DNA of 64,000 bases from an uncultured Actinomycetes bacterium (GTDB lineage Bacteria > Actinomycetota > Thermoleophilia > Solirubrobacterales > Solirubrobacteraceae), in contig CAVXTB010000013.1 of the NCBI GenBank assembly GCA_963764585.1, forward strand, positions 138,517-202,516. The letters are read 5' to 3'. The notes below the pieces were generated by a model that worked only from the letters and a program-made list of their open reading frames with translations, had not been told where the DNA came from and made no database searches. Positions 46,692 to 56,066 of this stretch are shown piece after piece. Numbering within the stretch: the first letter of the stretch is position 1; every line of letters begins with the position of its first letter. Position numbers and translations under genes: made by a program.

Positions 46692-47204
46692 TTACTCGAT
46701 ACCCAGTCTAGCCGAGCCGCGATCGACGGTCAGGAGATGGTCGATCGCGTCGCGCGCGGCGTTCACCCACGCGTCCGCGTCGCGCGGATCCGCCTCCAGC
46801 AGCGCGCCCGGGATCTCGTTGAGCGCCTGCGCGCGCGCAAGCTCGGCGGCGCCGGACGCGAGGGCGTCCGACCCGACCGTGCCGGACGCCTCGTAGAGCA
46901 CCCCGCGCACCGTCGTGTCGGTCGTCTTCTCGAGCATCATTCGCAGCCGCGAGCCGTGCAGGTCGGCGACGTTCGGGCCGGTTGCGGTCCCCAGCAGCCA
47001 CATCAGGACGGTCACGTTGTCCAGCGCGTAGCGCAGCGTCCCGATGCGGTCGGGGTCGCCGATCCAGCACTCGCAGCCGGCGGACTCGATCGCCGCGCGG
47101 CGGCCCTCGGTGCGCGTCACGGCGCGCACGGCGTGGCCGTCGGCCACGAGCGCGCGCGCGAGCTGCAGGCCGCGGCAGCCGCCGCCGACCATGAGGGCCC
47201 TCAC
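46692..47204 (-). CDS. short Rossmann-type NAD(P)-binding protein
   Basis: VRALMVGGGCRGLQLARALVADGHAVRAVTR. GTG start in a GTGA overlap with the upstream small ORF. Confidence 0.5.
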   Translation of the reverse strand: MRALMVGGGCRGLQLARALVADGHAVRAVTRTEGRRAAIESAGCECWIGDPDRIGTLRYALDNVTVLMWLLGTATGPNVADLHGSRLRMMLEKTTDTTVRGVLYEASGTVGSDALASGAAELARAQALNEIPGALLEADPRDADAWVNAARDAIDHLLTVDRGSARLGIE

Positions 47205-47491
47205 GTGCCCTCGCCGCGCAGGCGACGGATCTCCGCCTGGTCCTCGGCCATGCGCGCGCGGATGTCGTCCTCGGTGAGCTCGGCCTCGCCGCGGGCGCGG
47301 CGGCGGCGGTTGACCGCCTCGCGCATCTGGTCGACGTCGTCGATCTCGTTCTGGACCTCGACCTCGACCGAGCGCGTCGGCCGCCAGTCGAGCTGCTGGG
47401 CTCCCGAGCCGGGATAGAAGCGCCCCAGCAGGAGCAGGACGATCACGAGCCCGGCCACCCCGCCGAGCATGATCAGCGCGAAGGGATCCAC
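47201..47491 (-). CDS. small membrane-anchored protein with a charged C-terminal helix (96 aa)
   Basis: TM segment FALIMLGGVAGLVIVLLLLG, then an Arg/Glu-rich tail. Translationally coupled to the downstream gene. Confidence 0.45.
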   Translation of the reverse strand: MDPFALIMLGGVAGLVIVLLLLGRFYPGSGAQQLDWRPTRSVEVEVQNEIDDVDQMREAVNRRRRARGEAELTEDDIRARMAEDQAEIRRLRGEGT

Positions 47492-47559
47492 CGGGAGGCG
47501 AGTTTACGCACGCCTGCGCCCGCCGCCACATGGGCGGCGGGCGCCGGCAACCCCCGGTC

Positions 47560-48969
47560 TTACGCGCTGGGCGCGATGTTCTGGTTGAGGCGGAAGAGGT
47601 TCGTGGGGTCGTACTCGTCCTTGAGCGCCACGAGCCGGTCGTAGTTGGAGCCGTAGGCCGCGCGCACGCGGTCGTCTCCCTCGGCGGAGAGGAAGTTGAC
47701 GTAGCTGTTGCCGGTGAGCGACGGCGTCATCGACGCGTGCAGCTCCTGCGCCCACGCCACCGTCGCGTCGTAGCCGTCGGCCGTGAACGTGCTGGCGATG
47801 ACGTTGAGCAGGAACGGCGCGCTGCGATCGCCGAACGCGGTCGCGGCAGCGGGCACGCGCGCAACCGCGCCGCCCATGTGGTGGACGTGGATCTCGCTCT
47901 TGGGCGAGACCGAGCCCTGGTGGTACTTGATCAGCGTGTCGATCGCGGCATCGTCGAGGCCTCCCATGAAGCCGGCCTTCATGTAGCTGTGGGCGCCCGG
48001 GCCCCACAGCGGGTCGATCAGGCTCTGCATCGCCGTGTAGGGCAGCGGGCCCATGAGGTCGGCGACCGGGTCGCCGAGCTCCTTCAGCGGCCGCACGGCG
48101 CGCTCGCCGTCCTCGATCGACCCGCAGTGCATCCCGATGAGCGCGATGAGCTTCTTGCCGTGCCACTCCTCGGGCAGGAACGGCGCCGGCGGCGCGGTGA
48201 GCAGGTTGGCGAGCGTCGTGAGCTCGTCGGGCGCCTCGTCGACCCAGTCGCGGTAGAAGCGCAGGATCTCTGCGGCGCGGTCGCCGGGGTAGAAGACGAC
48301 GCCCGCCGTGACGGTCGGCCCGACGCGGTGCAGCCGGTACTCCAGCGACGTCGCGACGCCGAAGTTGCCGCCGCCGCCGCGCAGGCCCCAGAGCAGCTCG
48401 GGGTTCTCGTCCTCGCTGGTGCGCACGAGGCGCCCGTCGGCGGTCACGACGTCGGCGCCGATCAGGTTGTCGGCGGCCAGGCCGTGCTTGCGCATCAGCC
48501 AGCCGACGCCGCCGCCGAGCGTGAAGCCGGCGATCCCGGTGCTCGACACGAGGCCGCCCGTCGTCGCCAGCCCGAAGGCCTGCGTCTCGTGGTCCATCTG
48601 CGCCCACGTCAGGCCGGTCTGGGCGACGGCGGTGCCCGCCCCGGGATCCACCCGCACGCCGTTCATCGGGCCGAGATCGATGACGATGCCGCCGTCGTTG
48701 GTGGAGAAGCCGGGAATGCTGTGCGAGCCGCCGCGGACGCTGACGAGCAGCTCCTCGCTGCGCGCGAACTCGACGGCGCGCATGACGTCGGCGACGCCCG
48801 CGCAGCGCACGATCAGCGCCGGCCGGCGGTCGTGCGCGCCGTTCCAGATGGAGCGCGCGTCGTCGTAACCGGCGTCGCCGGGGGTGATGACCTCGCCGCG
48901 CAGCGCCTGCGCGAGCTCTGCGATCGATCCCCCGGCAAGCGGCGCGTGGGTCAGTTCCTCGGTTGCCAT
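47560..48969 (-). CDS. FAD-linked oxidase (FAD_binding_4 plus BBE-like C-terminus)
   Basis: VRGGSHSIPGFS, GLATTGGLVSSTGIAGFTLGGGVGW, LWGLRGGGGNFGV, and a C-terminal YDPTNLFRLNQNI. Confidence 0.85.
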   Translation of the reverse strand: MATEELTHAPLAGGSIAELAQALRGEVITPGDAGYDDARSIWNGAHDRRPALIVRCAGVADVMRAVEFARSEELLVSVRGGSHSIPGFSTNDGGIVIDLGPMNGVRVDPGAGTAVAQTGLTWAQMDHETQAFGLATTGGLVSSTGIAGFTLGGGVGWLMRKHGLAADNLIGADVVTADGRLVRTSEDENPELLWGLRGGGGNFGVATSLEYRLHRVGPTVTAGVVFYPGDRAAEILRFYRDWVDEAPDELTTLANLLTAPPAPFLPEEWHGKKLIALIGMHCGSIEDGERAVRPLKELGDPVADLMGPLPYTAMQSLIDPLWGPGAHSYMKAGFMGGLDDAAIDTLIKYHQGSVSPKSEIHVHHMGGAVARVPAAATAFGDRSAPFLLNVIASTFTADGYDATVAWAQELHASMTPSLTGNSYVNFLSAEGDDRVRAAYGSNYDRLVALKDEYDPTNLFRLNQNIAPSA

Positions 48970-49038
48970 GGTGCCTTCCTTCTCAGATTGGGAGACGCGA
49001 GCCTAGGTCCGGCGGCTCAACGCCCACTCAGCACCGGC

Positions 49039-52000
49039 TCAATCCACAGGGGCGAGAGCGCCGAGGCGCTCGCTCAGCGCCGCCGCGCGGCGCACGCCAC
49101 GGCGATCGCCGGCGGCCTCGAACAGCGCCGAGGCATCGTCGATCGCGGGCCCGGCGCGATCGCCGTCGCCGAGCGCGATCGCCGCCTCGGCGAGCTCGGC
49201 AGACGCCCAGCCGCGATGGCGGCCGATGCCCTGCGCGCGAGACACCTCGACGCACCGCTCGAGCAGCGCGTAAGCGCGCTCGGGGTCGCCGTGGTCGAGC
49301 TCGAACGCTCCCAGGTTCAGCGGCACGCCCTGGATGCCGGGCCCGTCGTCGATGCGGACGTAGGTCGCGTGCGCCTCGTCGATCAGCCGCCGGCCCTCGT
49401 CGCCGTCGCCGGCGTGCAGCGCGAGAAGTCCCATGCCCATCAGCGTCATCGCCACCTCGCGGACGTCCCTGGCGGCGCGGCGCAGCGCAAGTGCCTCGTC
49501 GAACCATTCGCGGCCGGCGTCGAACTCCCCGGTCGACCGCGCGAGGCTGCCGAGCGCGTTGAGCGCGACGCCGACGCCCTGTTCGTCGTCGAGCGCGCGG
49601 AAGCGCTCGAGCGCACGGTCGAGCGCCGCGCGCGCCGACGCGTGCTCGCCGTCCGCACGCCACGTCTCGGCGATGTTGCACAGCACGTAGCCCGTCGCGG
49701 CGTCGCTGCGCACCGCCCTGAACAGGCAGTACGTGTCCTCGAAGTACACCCGCGGCGCCCCGCCGGGGCCCGCGGGAACGACCACCGGTGAGATGTGCAA
49801 GGCCCAGAACACGGGGCCGCGCTCGTCGGGGATCTCGTCGAGCAGCGCCAGCGCCTCCTCCAGGAGCGCGCGTGCGTGCGCGTTCTCGCCCACGCAGCCG
49901 AGCCGCACCGCCTGCGCCTGCTTGACGGCGACGACGGCCGCTTCGTCGGCGGCCTCCGTCGCGACCGCGAGGCCGTCCTCCAGCGCCCGGTCGGCCACCT
50001 CCCAGTCGTAGCCGCCCAGCGCCAGCACGGCCAGCCGCTCCAACGCGCGCGCCTCGGCCCGCCGGTCGCCTCCACGGCGGACGATCTCGAGCGCCGCGGT
50101 GCCGAGGTCCACCACCGGGCCGGGACGGCTGCGGCGCACCTCGATCCCGCCCAGCGCCAGCAGCGCCCGGGCACGTTGCGGCGTTGGCTCGGGCGCCGCG
50201 GCGAGCGCCGCGTCGAGCCAGCGCGCGCCCTCGACGAAGTAGCCGCGGGCCATCCACCACCACCACACCGCGTTCGCCAGGCGCAGCGCGGCCGGCGGGT
50301 CGTCGCGGATCGCCGACGCCAGCGCCGTGCGCAGGTCGTCGTGCTCGAGCTCCAGGCGCTCGGCGGGCCACTCGGCGGCCACGACCGGATCGACGTCGCG
50401 ATCGGCCGCCTCGGCGAGCGCCAGGTACCACGCGCGATGCGCGGCGTCGATGCGATGGCGCTCCTGCGCGTCGCCCATGCGCTGGCGCGCGTCCTGCCGG
50501 ACGGTCTCCAGCACCCGGTAGCGGTGCCCGAACCGCGTCGGCTCGACCTGCACGAGCGACTTGTCGACCAGCCTGACGAGCAGGTCGAGCGCCTCGCCTG
50601 CGCCGACCTCGGCGCCGGTGCAGACGCCCTCGACCGCCTCGACGCCGAAGCTCCCGGCGAAGGCGCCGAGCCGGCGGTAGAGCACGCGCTCGGGCTCGGA
50701 GAGCAGGTCGTGGCTCCAGGCGAGCGTCGCGCGCAGCGTCTGCTGGCGGGTGAGCCCGGCGCGGCTTCCGGCCTGCAGCAGCGTCAGCGCGTCGCCCAGG
50801 CGCTCGGCGATCTGGGCCGGAGACAGCGCCGCAGCGCGCGCTGCGGCCAGCTCGAGCGCCAGTGGCATGCCGTCCAGGCGCCGGCAGATCTCCCCGACCG
50901 CAGCGACGTTCTCCCCCGTCAGCGCGAAGCCGGGCGCGGCCTGCGCGGCGCGCTGGCAGAACAGGGCCGCGGCCTCCGAGCGCTCGAGCTCGGCCGGGTC
51001 CTCACAGAGCTGGGGCAGCGACAGCGGGGGAACGCGCCAGGAGACCTCGCCATCGATGCGCAGCCGCTCCCGACTGGTGGCGAGCATGTGCAGGTTCGGG
51101 CACGCGCGCAGCAGGCCGTCCGCGAGCCGTGCGCACGCGTCGATCAGGTGCTCGCAGTTGTCGAGCACCACCAGCAGGCGCTGCTCGCCGATCTGCGCCG
51201 CGAGGGCGTCGACGAGCTCGCCGTCGGAGCGCGGTTGGACCCCGAACGCCGCAGCGGTCTCCTCGACGACGAGCGCGGAATCGGCGATCGGCGCGAGCTC
51301 GACGACGCGCGCCCCGGCCTCGAAGTCGCGCTCGCGGCGCGCGGCCAGCTCGAGCGCGAGCCGCGTCTTGCCGGCGCCCCCCGGGCCGGTGAGCGTCAGC
51401 AGTCGCGTGTGGCCGAGGAGGCCTTCGAGCTCGAAGAGCTCGCGCTCGCGACCGACGAAGCTCGTGAGCTGGTGCGGGAGGCCGCTCGCCGCAGCCGCGA
51501 CGGCCTCGGGCTCGTGCTCGTGCTGGCCGGCCAGGATCTCGCGGTAGAGCCGTCGCGTCTCCGGATCCGGATCCGCCGCGAGCTCGCGGCGCAGCACCTC
51601 ACGCAGCTGCTGGTACTGCGACAGCGCCTGCTGGCGGCGGCCGTCCTGCGCGAAGAGGCGGATCAGCGCGCGGTGCGCGACCTCGTGCAGCTCGTCCTCG
51701 ACCACGGCTCGCTGCAGCGTCGCGATCGCGCCACCGACGTCGTCGGCCCCGGCCTGCAGCTCGGCCAGCTCGACAAGCAGGGCGAGGTGGGTCTCGCGCA
51801 AGGACTCACGCCGCGCGGTGGTCCAGTCCTCGTAGCGGTCCTCCGGCAGCAGCTCGCCGGCATACCGGTCCGATGCCGCGCGATAGGAGTCGATCGTCCG
51901 CGCATGGCGCGCAGCGGCCGCCGCGGCGTCGAAGGCGTCGACGTCGATCCAGACGTCGTCGCCCGCGAGCACGATGACGTCGTCGCGCAGCAGCAGGTGC

Positions 52001-52257
52001 TCGCCCGCACCGAGCGCGCGCCGCGCGCTGTAGAGCACCTGGTGCAACCCGTTGCCGACCGGCTCCCCGCCCGGCCACAGCAGCTCCACCACCTGCTCGC
52101 GGTGCAGCCGCCGTTCGGGCGCGAGCGCGAGCGCCTTGACGAGGCTCTTCGCCCGGCGCAGCCGCCAGGCTCCATCGGGCACGGGCGTGCCAGCCACCCG
52201 GACAGCGAACGCCCCCAGCAGCCGAATCCCGAGGCCATCCCCTTCCGACGGCTCCAC
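49039..52257 (-). CDS. AfsR/SARP-type regulator: wHTH plus BTAD, NB-ARC-like ATPase and TPR repeats (1072 aa)
   Basis: IRLLGAFAVRVAG...LHQVLYSARRAL...YAGELLPED...ETRRLYREIL, then P-loop LTGPGGAGKTRLA and VVLDNCEH, then a long Ala/Leu-rich TPR region. Confidence 0.85.
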   Translation of the reverse strand: MEPSEGDGLGIRLLGAFAVRVAGTPVPDGAWRLRRAKSLVKALALAPERRLHREQVVELLWPGGEPVGNGLHQVLYSARRALGAGEHLLLRDDVIVLAGDDVWIDVDAFDAAAAAARHARTIDSYRAASDRYAGELLPEDRYEDWTTARRESLRETHLALLVELAELQAGADDVGGAIATLQRAVVEDELHEVAHRALIRLFAQDGRRQQALSQYQQLREVLRRELAADPDPETRRLYREILAGQHEHEPEAVAAAASGLPHQLTSFVGRERELFELEGLLGHTRLLTLTGPGGAGKTRLALELAARRERDFEAGARVVELAPIADSALVVEETAAAFGVQPRSDGELVDALAAQIGEQRLLVVLDNCEHLIDACARLADGLLRACPNLHMLATSRERLRIDGEVSWRVPPLSLPQLCEDPAELERSEAAALFCQRAAQAAPGFALTGENVAAVGEICRRLDGMPLALELAAARAAALSPAQIAERLGDALTLLQAGSRAGLTRQQTLRATLAWSHDLLSEPERVLYRRLGAFAGSFGVEAVEGVCTGAEVGAGEALDLLVRLVDKSLVQVEPTRFGHRYRVLETVRQDARQRMGDAQERHRIDAAHRAWYLALAEAADRDVDPVVAAEWPAERLELEHDDLRTALASAIRDDPPAALRLANAVWWWWMARGYFVEGARWLDAALAAAPEPTPQRARALLALGGIEVRRSRPGPVVDLGTAALEIVRRGGDRRAEARALERLAVLALGGYDWEVADRALEDGLAVATEAADEAAVVAVKQAQAVRLGCVGENAHARALLEEALALLDEIPDERGPVFWALHISPVVVPAGPGGAPRVYFEDTYCLFRAVRSDAATGYVLCNIAETWRADGEHASARAALDRALERFRALDDEQGVGVALNALGSLARSTGEFDAGREWFDEALALRRAARDVREVAMTLMGMGLLALHAGDGDEGRRLIDEAHATYVRIDDGPGIQGVPLNLGAFELDHGDPERAYALLERCVEVSRAQGIGRHRGWASAELAEAAIALGDGDRAGPAIDDASALFEAAGDRRGVRRAAALSERLGALAPVD

Positions 52258-52365
52258 GTCGCGAGGGTATGGCGCCGGACCGGCTCACACAAGCGTTGGG
52301 CCCGGCATGAGAGCCCGCGCAGAGGCCGCTGCGAGCGTGCGGCCACCCGAGTAGGACGCAATCGC

Positions 52366-52815
52366 ATGAAGTACGTCCTCTGCGTGGTCGTCGTGGCGCT
52401 CACCGCCGCGGGAGCCGCGTTCGCGTCCACCAACCACCCGAGCATCAAGGAGCGCGTCCTTGCTGACGGGAAGGTCGCCAAGCCGTACACGATCGAGGTC
52501 GCCAAGCCGGGCGACATCGTCGTGGCCTCGGCCAAGCTCTCGCCGCGCGCCAGCTTCGGCTGGCACAGCCATCGCTCGGCGGTCGCGGTCGCGGTCGTCG
52601 AAGGCACGCTGACCCTCTACGACAGCGACAGCCCGGGCTGCGCGCCCCAGCGGGTCCACGCCGGGCAGGCGTTCGTCGAGCAGGCCAGCCACGTTCACCT
52701 CGCTCGCAACGAGAGCGGGCACGGCGTCCGCGTCGTGGTGACCTACCTCGGCGCTCCGCACGGCGAGTCCCCGGACGTCCCCGCAGAGCGACCGGCCGGG
52801 TGCTCGGTCAGCTGA
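52366..52815 (+). CDS. secreted cupin-domain protein
   Basis: Signal peptide MKYVLCVVVVALTAAGAAFAS. Cupin motif FGWHSHRSAVAVAVVEGTL...HAGQAF. Confidence 0.6.
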   Translation: MKYVLCVVVVALTAAGAAFASTNHPSIKERVLADGKVAKPYTIEVAKPGDIVVASAKLSPRASFGWHSHRSAVAVAVVEGTLTLYDSDSPGCAPQRVHAGQAFVEQASHVHLARNESGHGVRVVVTYLGAPHGESPDVPAERPAGCSVS

Positions 52816-52883
52816 CCGGACCTTGGTGTGGCGCCCGCCAAGGCACGCGGCGGGCGCCGCGCCATGCCCACTACGCTGAGCGC

Positions 52884-54047
52884 GTGGATTTCGACCTCAA
52901 CGACGAACAGTCGCTCATCAAGCAGACCGCCCGCGAGTTCACCGACAGGGAGATCGTGCCGCGTGCCGGGGAGAACTCGCGCAACCACCACTTCGACCTC
53001 GAGCTGGTGCGCAAGATCGCCGACCAGGGCTACCTCGGCGCGATCGTCCCGCGCGAGTACGGTGGCGCGGGCCTCGACTACCTGACCTACGCGATCGTCT
53101 GCGAGGAGATCGGCCGCGGCTGCTCGGCCATGCGCACGGTGATCTCGGTCCAGACCTCGCTCGTGTGCTCGACGATCCTGCGCTGGGGCACCGAGGAGCA
53201 GAAGGAGCGCTACCTGCCCAAGCTGTGCTCGGGCGAGTGGCTGGGCTGCTTCGGCCTGACCGAGCCCGACACCGGCTCGGACGCCGCCAACCAGAAGACG
53301 CGCGCCGTCGCGCAGGACGACGGCTCGTGGAAGCTCAACGGCTCGAAGATGTGGATCTCGCTGGGCAACCACGCCAAGCTCGCGCTCGTCTTCGCCCAGA
53401 CCGACCCCGCGCTCAAGCACAAGGGCCTTGCCTGCTTCCTGGTCGAGACCGACCAGCCCGGCTACCAGCCCTCGGAGATCAAGGGCAAGATGGGCCTGTG
53501 GGCGTCGGACACCGCGCAGATCGCGCTCGACGACATCGTGGCCGGCCCCGACTCGATGCTCGGCCAGGTCGGCGACGGCTTCAAGGTCGCCATGAGCGCG
53601 CTCGACTCGGGGCGCTACTCGGTCGCCGCCGGCTGCGTCGGGATCTGCCAGGGCTCGGTCGAGGAGTCGGTCAAGTACGCGACCGAGCGCCAGGCCTTCC
53701 AGCGCCCGATCGCCTCCTTCCAGCTCGTGCAGGAGATGATCGCCGACATGGTCGTGCGCACCGACGCGGCGCGGATGCTCGTGTACCGCGCGGGCGCGCT
53801 GAAGGACGCCGGCAAGCCGTCGACGACCGAGACGTCGATCGCCAAGTACTTCGCCACCGAGGCGGCGTGCTGGTGCGCCGACCGCGCGATCCAGATCCAC
53901 GGCGGCGCTGGCTACGTCGACGACCACCCGGTCGAGCGCTTCTACCGCGACGCGCGCGTGACGACGCTCTACGAGGGCACCTCGCAGATCCAGAAGCTCA
54001 TCATCGGCCGCGCTGCGACCGGCATCAACGCGCTGGTGCCGTCGTAG
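52884..54047 (+). CDS. acyl-CoA dehydrogenase
   Basis: GTG start (VDFDLNDEQSLIKQTAREF). Motifs GCFGLTEPDTGSDA, KMWISLG, and IHGGAGYVDDHPVERFYRDARVTTLYEGTSQIQ. Confidence 0.9.
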   Translation: MDFDLNDEQSLIKQTAREFTDREIVPRAGENSRNHHFDLELVRKIADQGYLGAIVPREYGGAGLDYLTYAIVCEEIGRGCSAMRTVISVQTSLVCSTILRWGTEEQKERYLPKLCSGEWLGCFGLTEPDTGSDAANQKTRAVAQDDGSWKLNGSKMWISLGNHAKLALVFAQTDPALKHKGLACFLVETDQPGYQPSEIKGKMGLWASDTAQIALDDIVAGPDSMLGQVGDGFKVAMSALDSGRYSVAAGCVGICQGSVEESVKYATERQAFQRPIASFQLVQEMIADMVVRTDAARMLVYRAGALKDAGKPSTTETSIAKYFATEAACWCADRAIQIHGGAGYVDDHPVERFYRDARVTTLYEGTSQIQKLIIGRAATGINALVPS

Positions 54048-54053
54048 CGCGGC

Positions 54054-54857
54054 TCAGGGCGTCAGCGCCACCGCGGCCTCCGGCGTGGCGACGCGGAAGG
54101 TGAAGCTCTCCACGAGGTAGAGCTCGACGGCCTCGGCGTCGTGGCTGTCGTAGCCGATCGAGAAGTCCTCGCCGGACTCGTAGAGGAAGTCGCCGCCGCG
54201 CTGGCTGACGACGACCGCGCCGTCCACCCCGGGCGCCCACACGAGCGGCCCGCCGATGATCTTGCGCAGGTGGTCGAGCAGCGGGTAGCCGCCGTGCTCA
54301 CCGGTCTCCAGCACCCGCGTGTACGGCTCGGGCCCGAGGGCGAGGCCGTACGGCCCCTCGATGCCGGCGTGCAGCAGCGCCTCGACCGCGCGGGCGACGT
54401 GGCGCGGGTACGTCGCGCAGTCCTCGCCGAGCGCGATCGGGTCCTGCGTCGACGCCTCCGCGATGCCGGTGATGCCCGCGGCCTTCCAGCCGTGGAAGAC
54501 CGCGCGGTTCTCGGCGCTCGCGATCCGATGGGCGGCCGTGTCGAGCGCCTCGAGGTCGACGTCCTCGGCGCCGCGATCGCCGTCGCGCAGCTCGGCGCGC
54601 GAGAGCGAGAAGTCCGCGCGCAGCTCGACCACCGGCAGGACCCTGCGCTGCAGCGCCGTCACGCCGTCGCCGGGCGCGTCGGCCAGCTCGCTGGTGCGGC
54701 CGAGGTTCGTGGCCGAGTGCTGCCACCCGTGCGGCCCGTCGAAGTCGACGAGCTTGCGGGCGGCAAGGGCCGGCGTCAGGCGCTCGCGGGCCTCGTCGTC
54801 GACGAGGCTCCAGCCCGCCTCGGTGATCGGCGCGTGCTCGCGCAGGAGGTGGCTCAT
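54054..54857 (-). CDS. Family 1 encapsulin nanocompartment shell protein (HK97 fold, linocin M18-like)
   Basis: LLREHAPITEAGWSLVDDEARERLTPALAARKLVDFDGPHGW...LRADFSLSRAEL...; 267 aa. ATGA overlap with the upstream cargo gene. Confidence 0.9.
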   Translation of the reverse strand: MSHLLREHAPITEAGWSLVDDEARERLTPALAARKLVDFDGPHGWQHSATNLGRTSELADAPGDGVTALQRRVLPVVELRADFSLSRAELRDGDRGAEDVDLEALDTAAHRIASAENRAVFHGWKAAGITGIAEASTQDPIALGEDCATYPRHVARAVEALLHAGIEGPYGLALGPEPYTRVLETGEHGGYPLLDHLRKIIGGPLVWAPGVDGAVVVSQRGGDFLYESGEDFSIGYDSHDAEAVELYLVESFTFRVATPEAAVALTP

Positions 54858-55246
54858 GACCGTGCTCCCCTAAGGCTCCCGATGCCAAGTGACGTGCTGC
54901 CCGCCAGCGGCGCCCCGCGATCCGCGGCGCCCTCGACGGCCTCCTCCTCGGCCTCCTCGCCGTGCTCGACGATGTCGCCCTCCTGGAAGAGGATCCCCTC
55001 GGCGATCTCGCGCCACAGCGGCGTGCGCCGCAGCAGGAACTCGAGGTCCATGCAGAAGTGCTTGAACTCCTCGCCCTGCGCGTCGCGCATGATCGCCCGC
55101 GCGTCGCGATCCGGCTCGACGGCCAGGCGCTGCTCGTACCAGCCGATCGCCTCGGCCTCCTCGGTGAGCGACGCGCACAGGCGAGCGAAGGTCCGTGTCT
55201 GCGCCGGCAGCTCGTCGGCCGGCTCGTGGTACTGGTCGAAGCCCAT
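54854..55246 (-). CDS. encapsulated ferritin-like cargo protein (EncFtn) with a C-terminal targeting peptide
   Basis: HEPADEL...SLTEEAEAIGWYEQR...DAQGEEFKHFCMDLEFL, then an acidic linker and the tail GSTSLGIGSLRGARS. Start at MGFDQYHEP. Confidence 0.85.
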   Translation of the reverse strand: MGFDQYHEPADELPAQTRTFARLCASLTEEAEAIGWYEQRLAVEPDRDARAIMRDAQGEEFKHFCMDLEFLLRRTPLWREIAEGILFQEGDIVEHGEEAEEEAVEGAADRGAPLAGSTSLGIGSLRGARS

Positions 55247-55338
55247 GGTGCGGCATCTTCGCACTGGGGCCACCCCCAGCACCGACACGCCGGCTGCCGG
55301 CATGGTGCACCGACCACTCCACGCCTACCGTCTACGGC

Positions 55339-56052
55339 ATGCACGTCCCCGGCATCCCCCGCGCGGTGCTCGGCGCGATGATCGCCGTCGCGGTGCTGCT
55401 GTTCGCCGCCGGCGCGGCGCGTGCGGTCTCGTGGCTCACGCACCACACGACCACCCGCACGCGCGTCCTGCCGGCCGGCGCGGCGATCGACGTCGCGTCG
55501 CGCAACAGCGACGTCGAGGTCGTGGGCAGCGATCGCTCCGACGTGCGCCTCGTCTACAAGGAGCGCCGGTCGGTCTTCGGCCGGCCCCAGGTCCACGTCG
55601 GCTACGCCGACGGCCGGCTGCGGCTCGACGCCGACTGCTCGGGCGTACAGCTCTTCGGCGACGAGTGCACGGCCAGGTTCGTGCTCGAGGTCCCGCACGC
55701 CATGGCGGTGCGGCTCGTGGCCAGCTCGGCCGACGTCCACGCCACCGACGTCCGCGGGCGGCTGAGCGTGCGCGTGAGCTCCGGCGACGTGCACGTCGAT
55801 GCGCCATCCACCGACATCGTCGCCCAGACGTCGAGCGGCGACATCCACGTCCGCGCGACCGACGCGACGAACGTCCGGGCCGTGGCGACGTCGGGCGACG
55901 TGCACGTCACGGTGCCCGACCGCACGTACGCCGTGCTGACGCGATCGGAATCGGGCGACCGCCATCTCGACGTCCGCGAGGATCCGCACGCGCCGCGTCA
56001 CCTCGACGCCGAGACGACGTCGGGCGACGTGCACGTCGAGCGTGACGGCTAG
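55339..56052 (+). CDS. DUF4097-like beta-strand repeat protein, N-terminal TM anchor
   Basis: TM segment AVLGAMIAVAVLLFAAGAA. Repeated SSGDVHV / SSGDIHV / TSGDVHV units. Confidence 0.7.
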   Translation: MHVPGIPRAVLGAMIAVAVLLFAAGAARAVSWLTHHTTTRTRVLPAGAAIDVASRNSDVEVVGSDRSDVRLVYKERRSVFGRPQVHVGYADGRLRLDADCSGVQLFGDECTARFVLEVPHAMAVRLVASSADVHATDVRGRLSVRVSSGDVHVDAPSTDIVAQTSSGDIHVRATDATNVRAVATSGDVHVTVPDRTYAVLTRSESGDRHLDVREDPHAPRHLDAETTSGDVHVERDG

Positions 56053-56066
56053 TAGCTTGCCGGCGC

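Noticed and set aside
49039-52257. STAND NTPase as an anti-phage (Avs-like) defence protein
   Set aside because: The N-terminus is a winged-helix plus BTAD module typical of AfsR/SARP transcription activators, and no nuclease or other effector domain is visible. The regulator interpretation is preferred.
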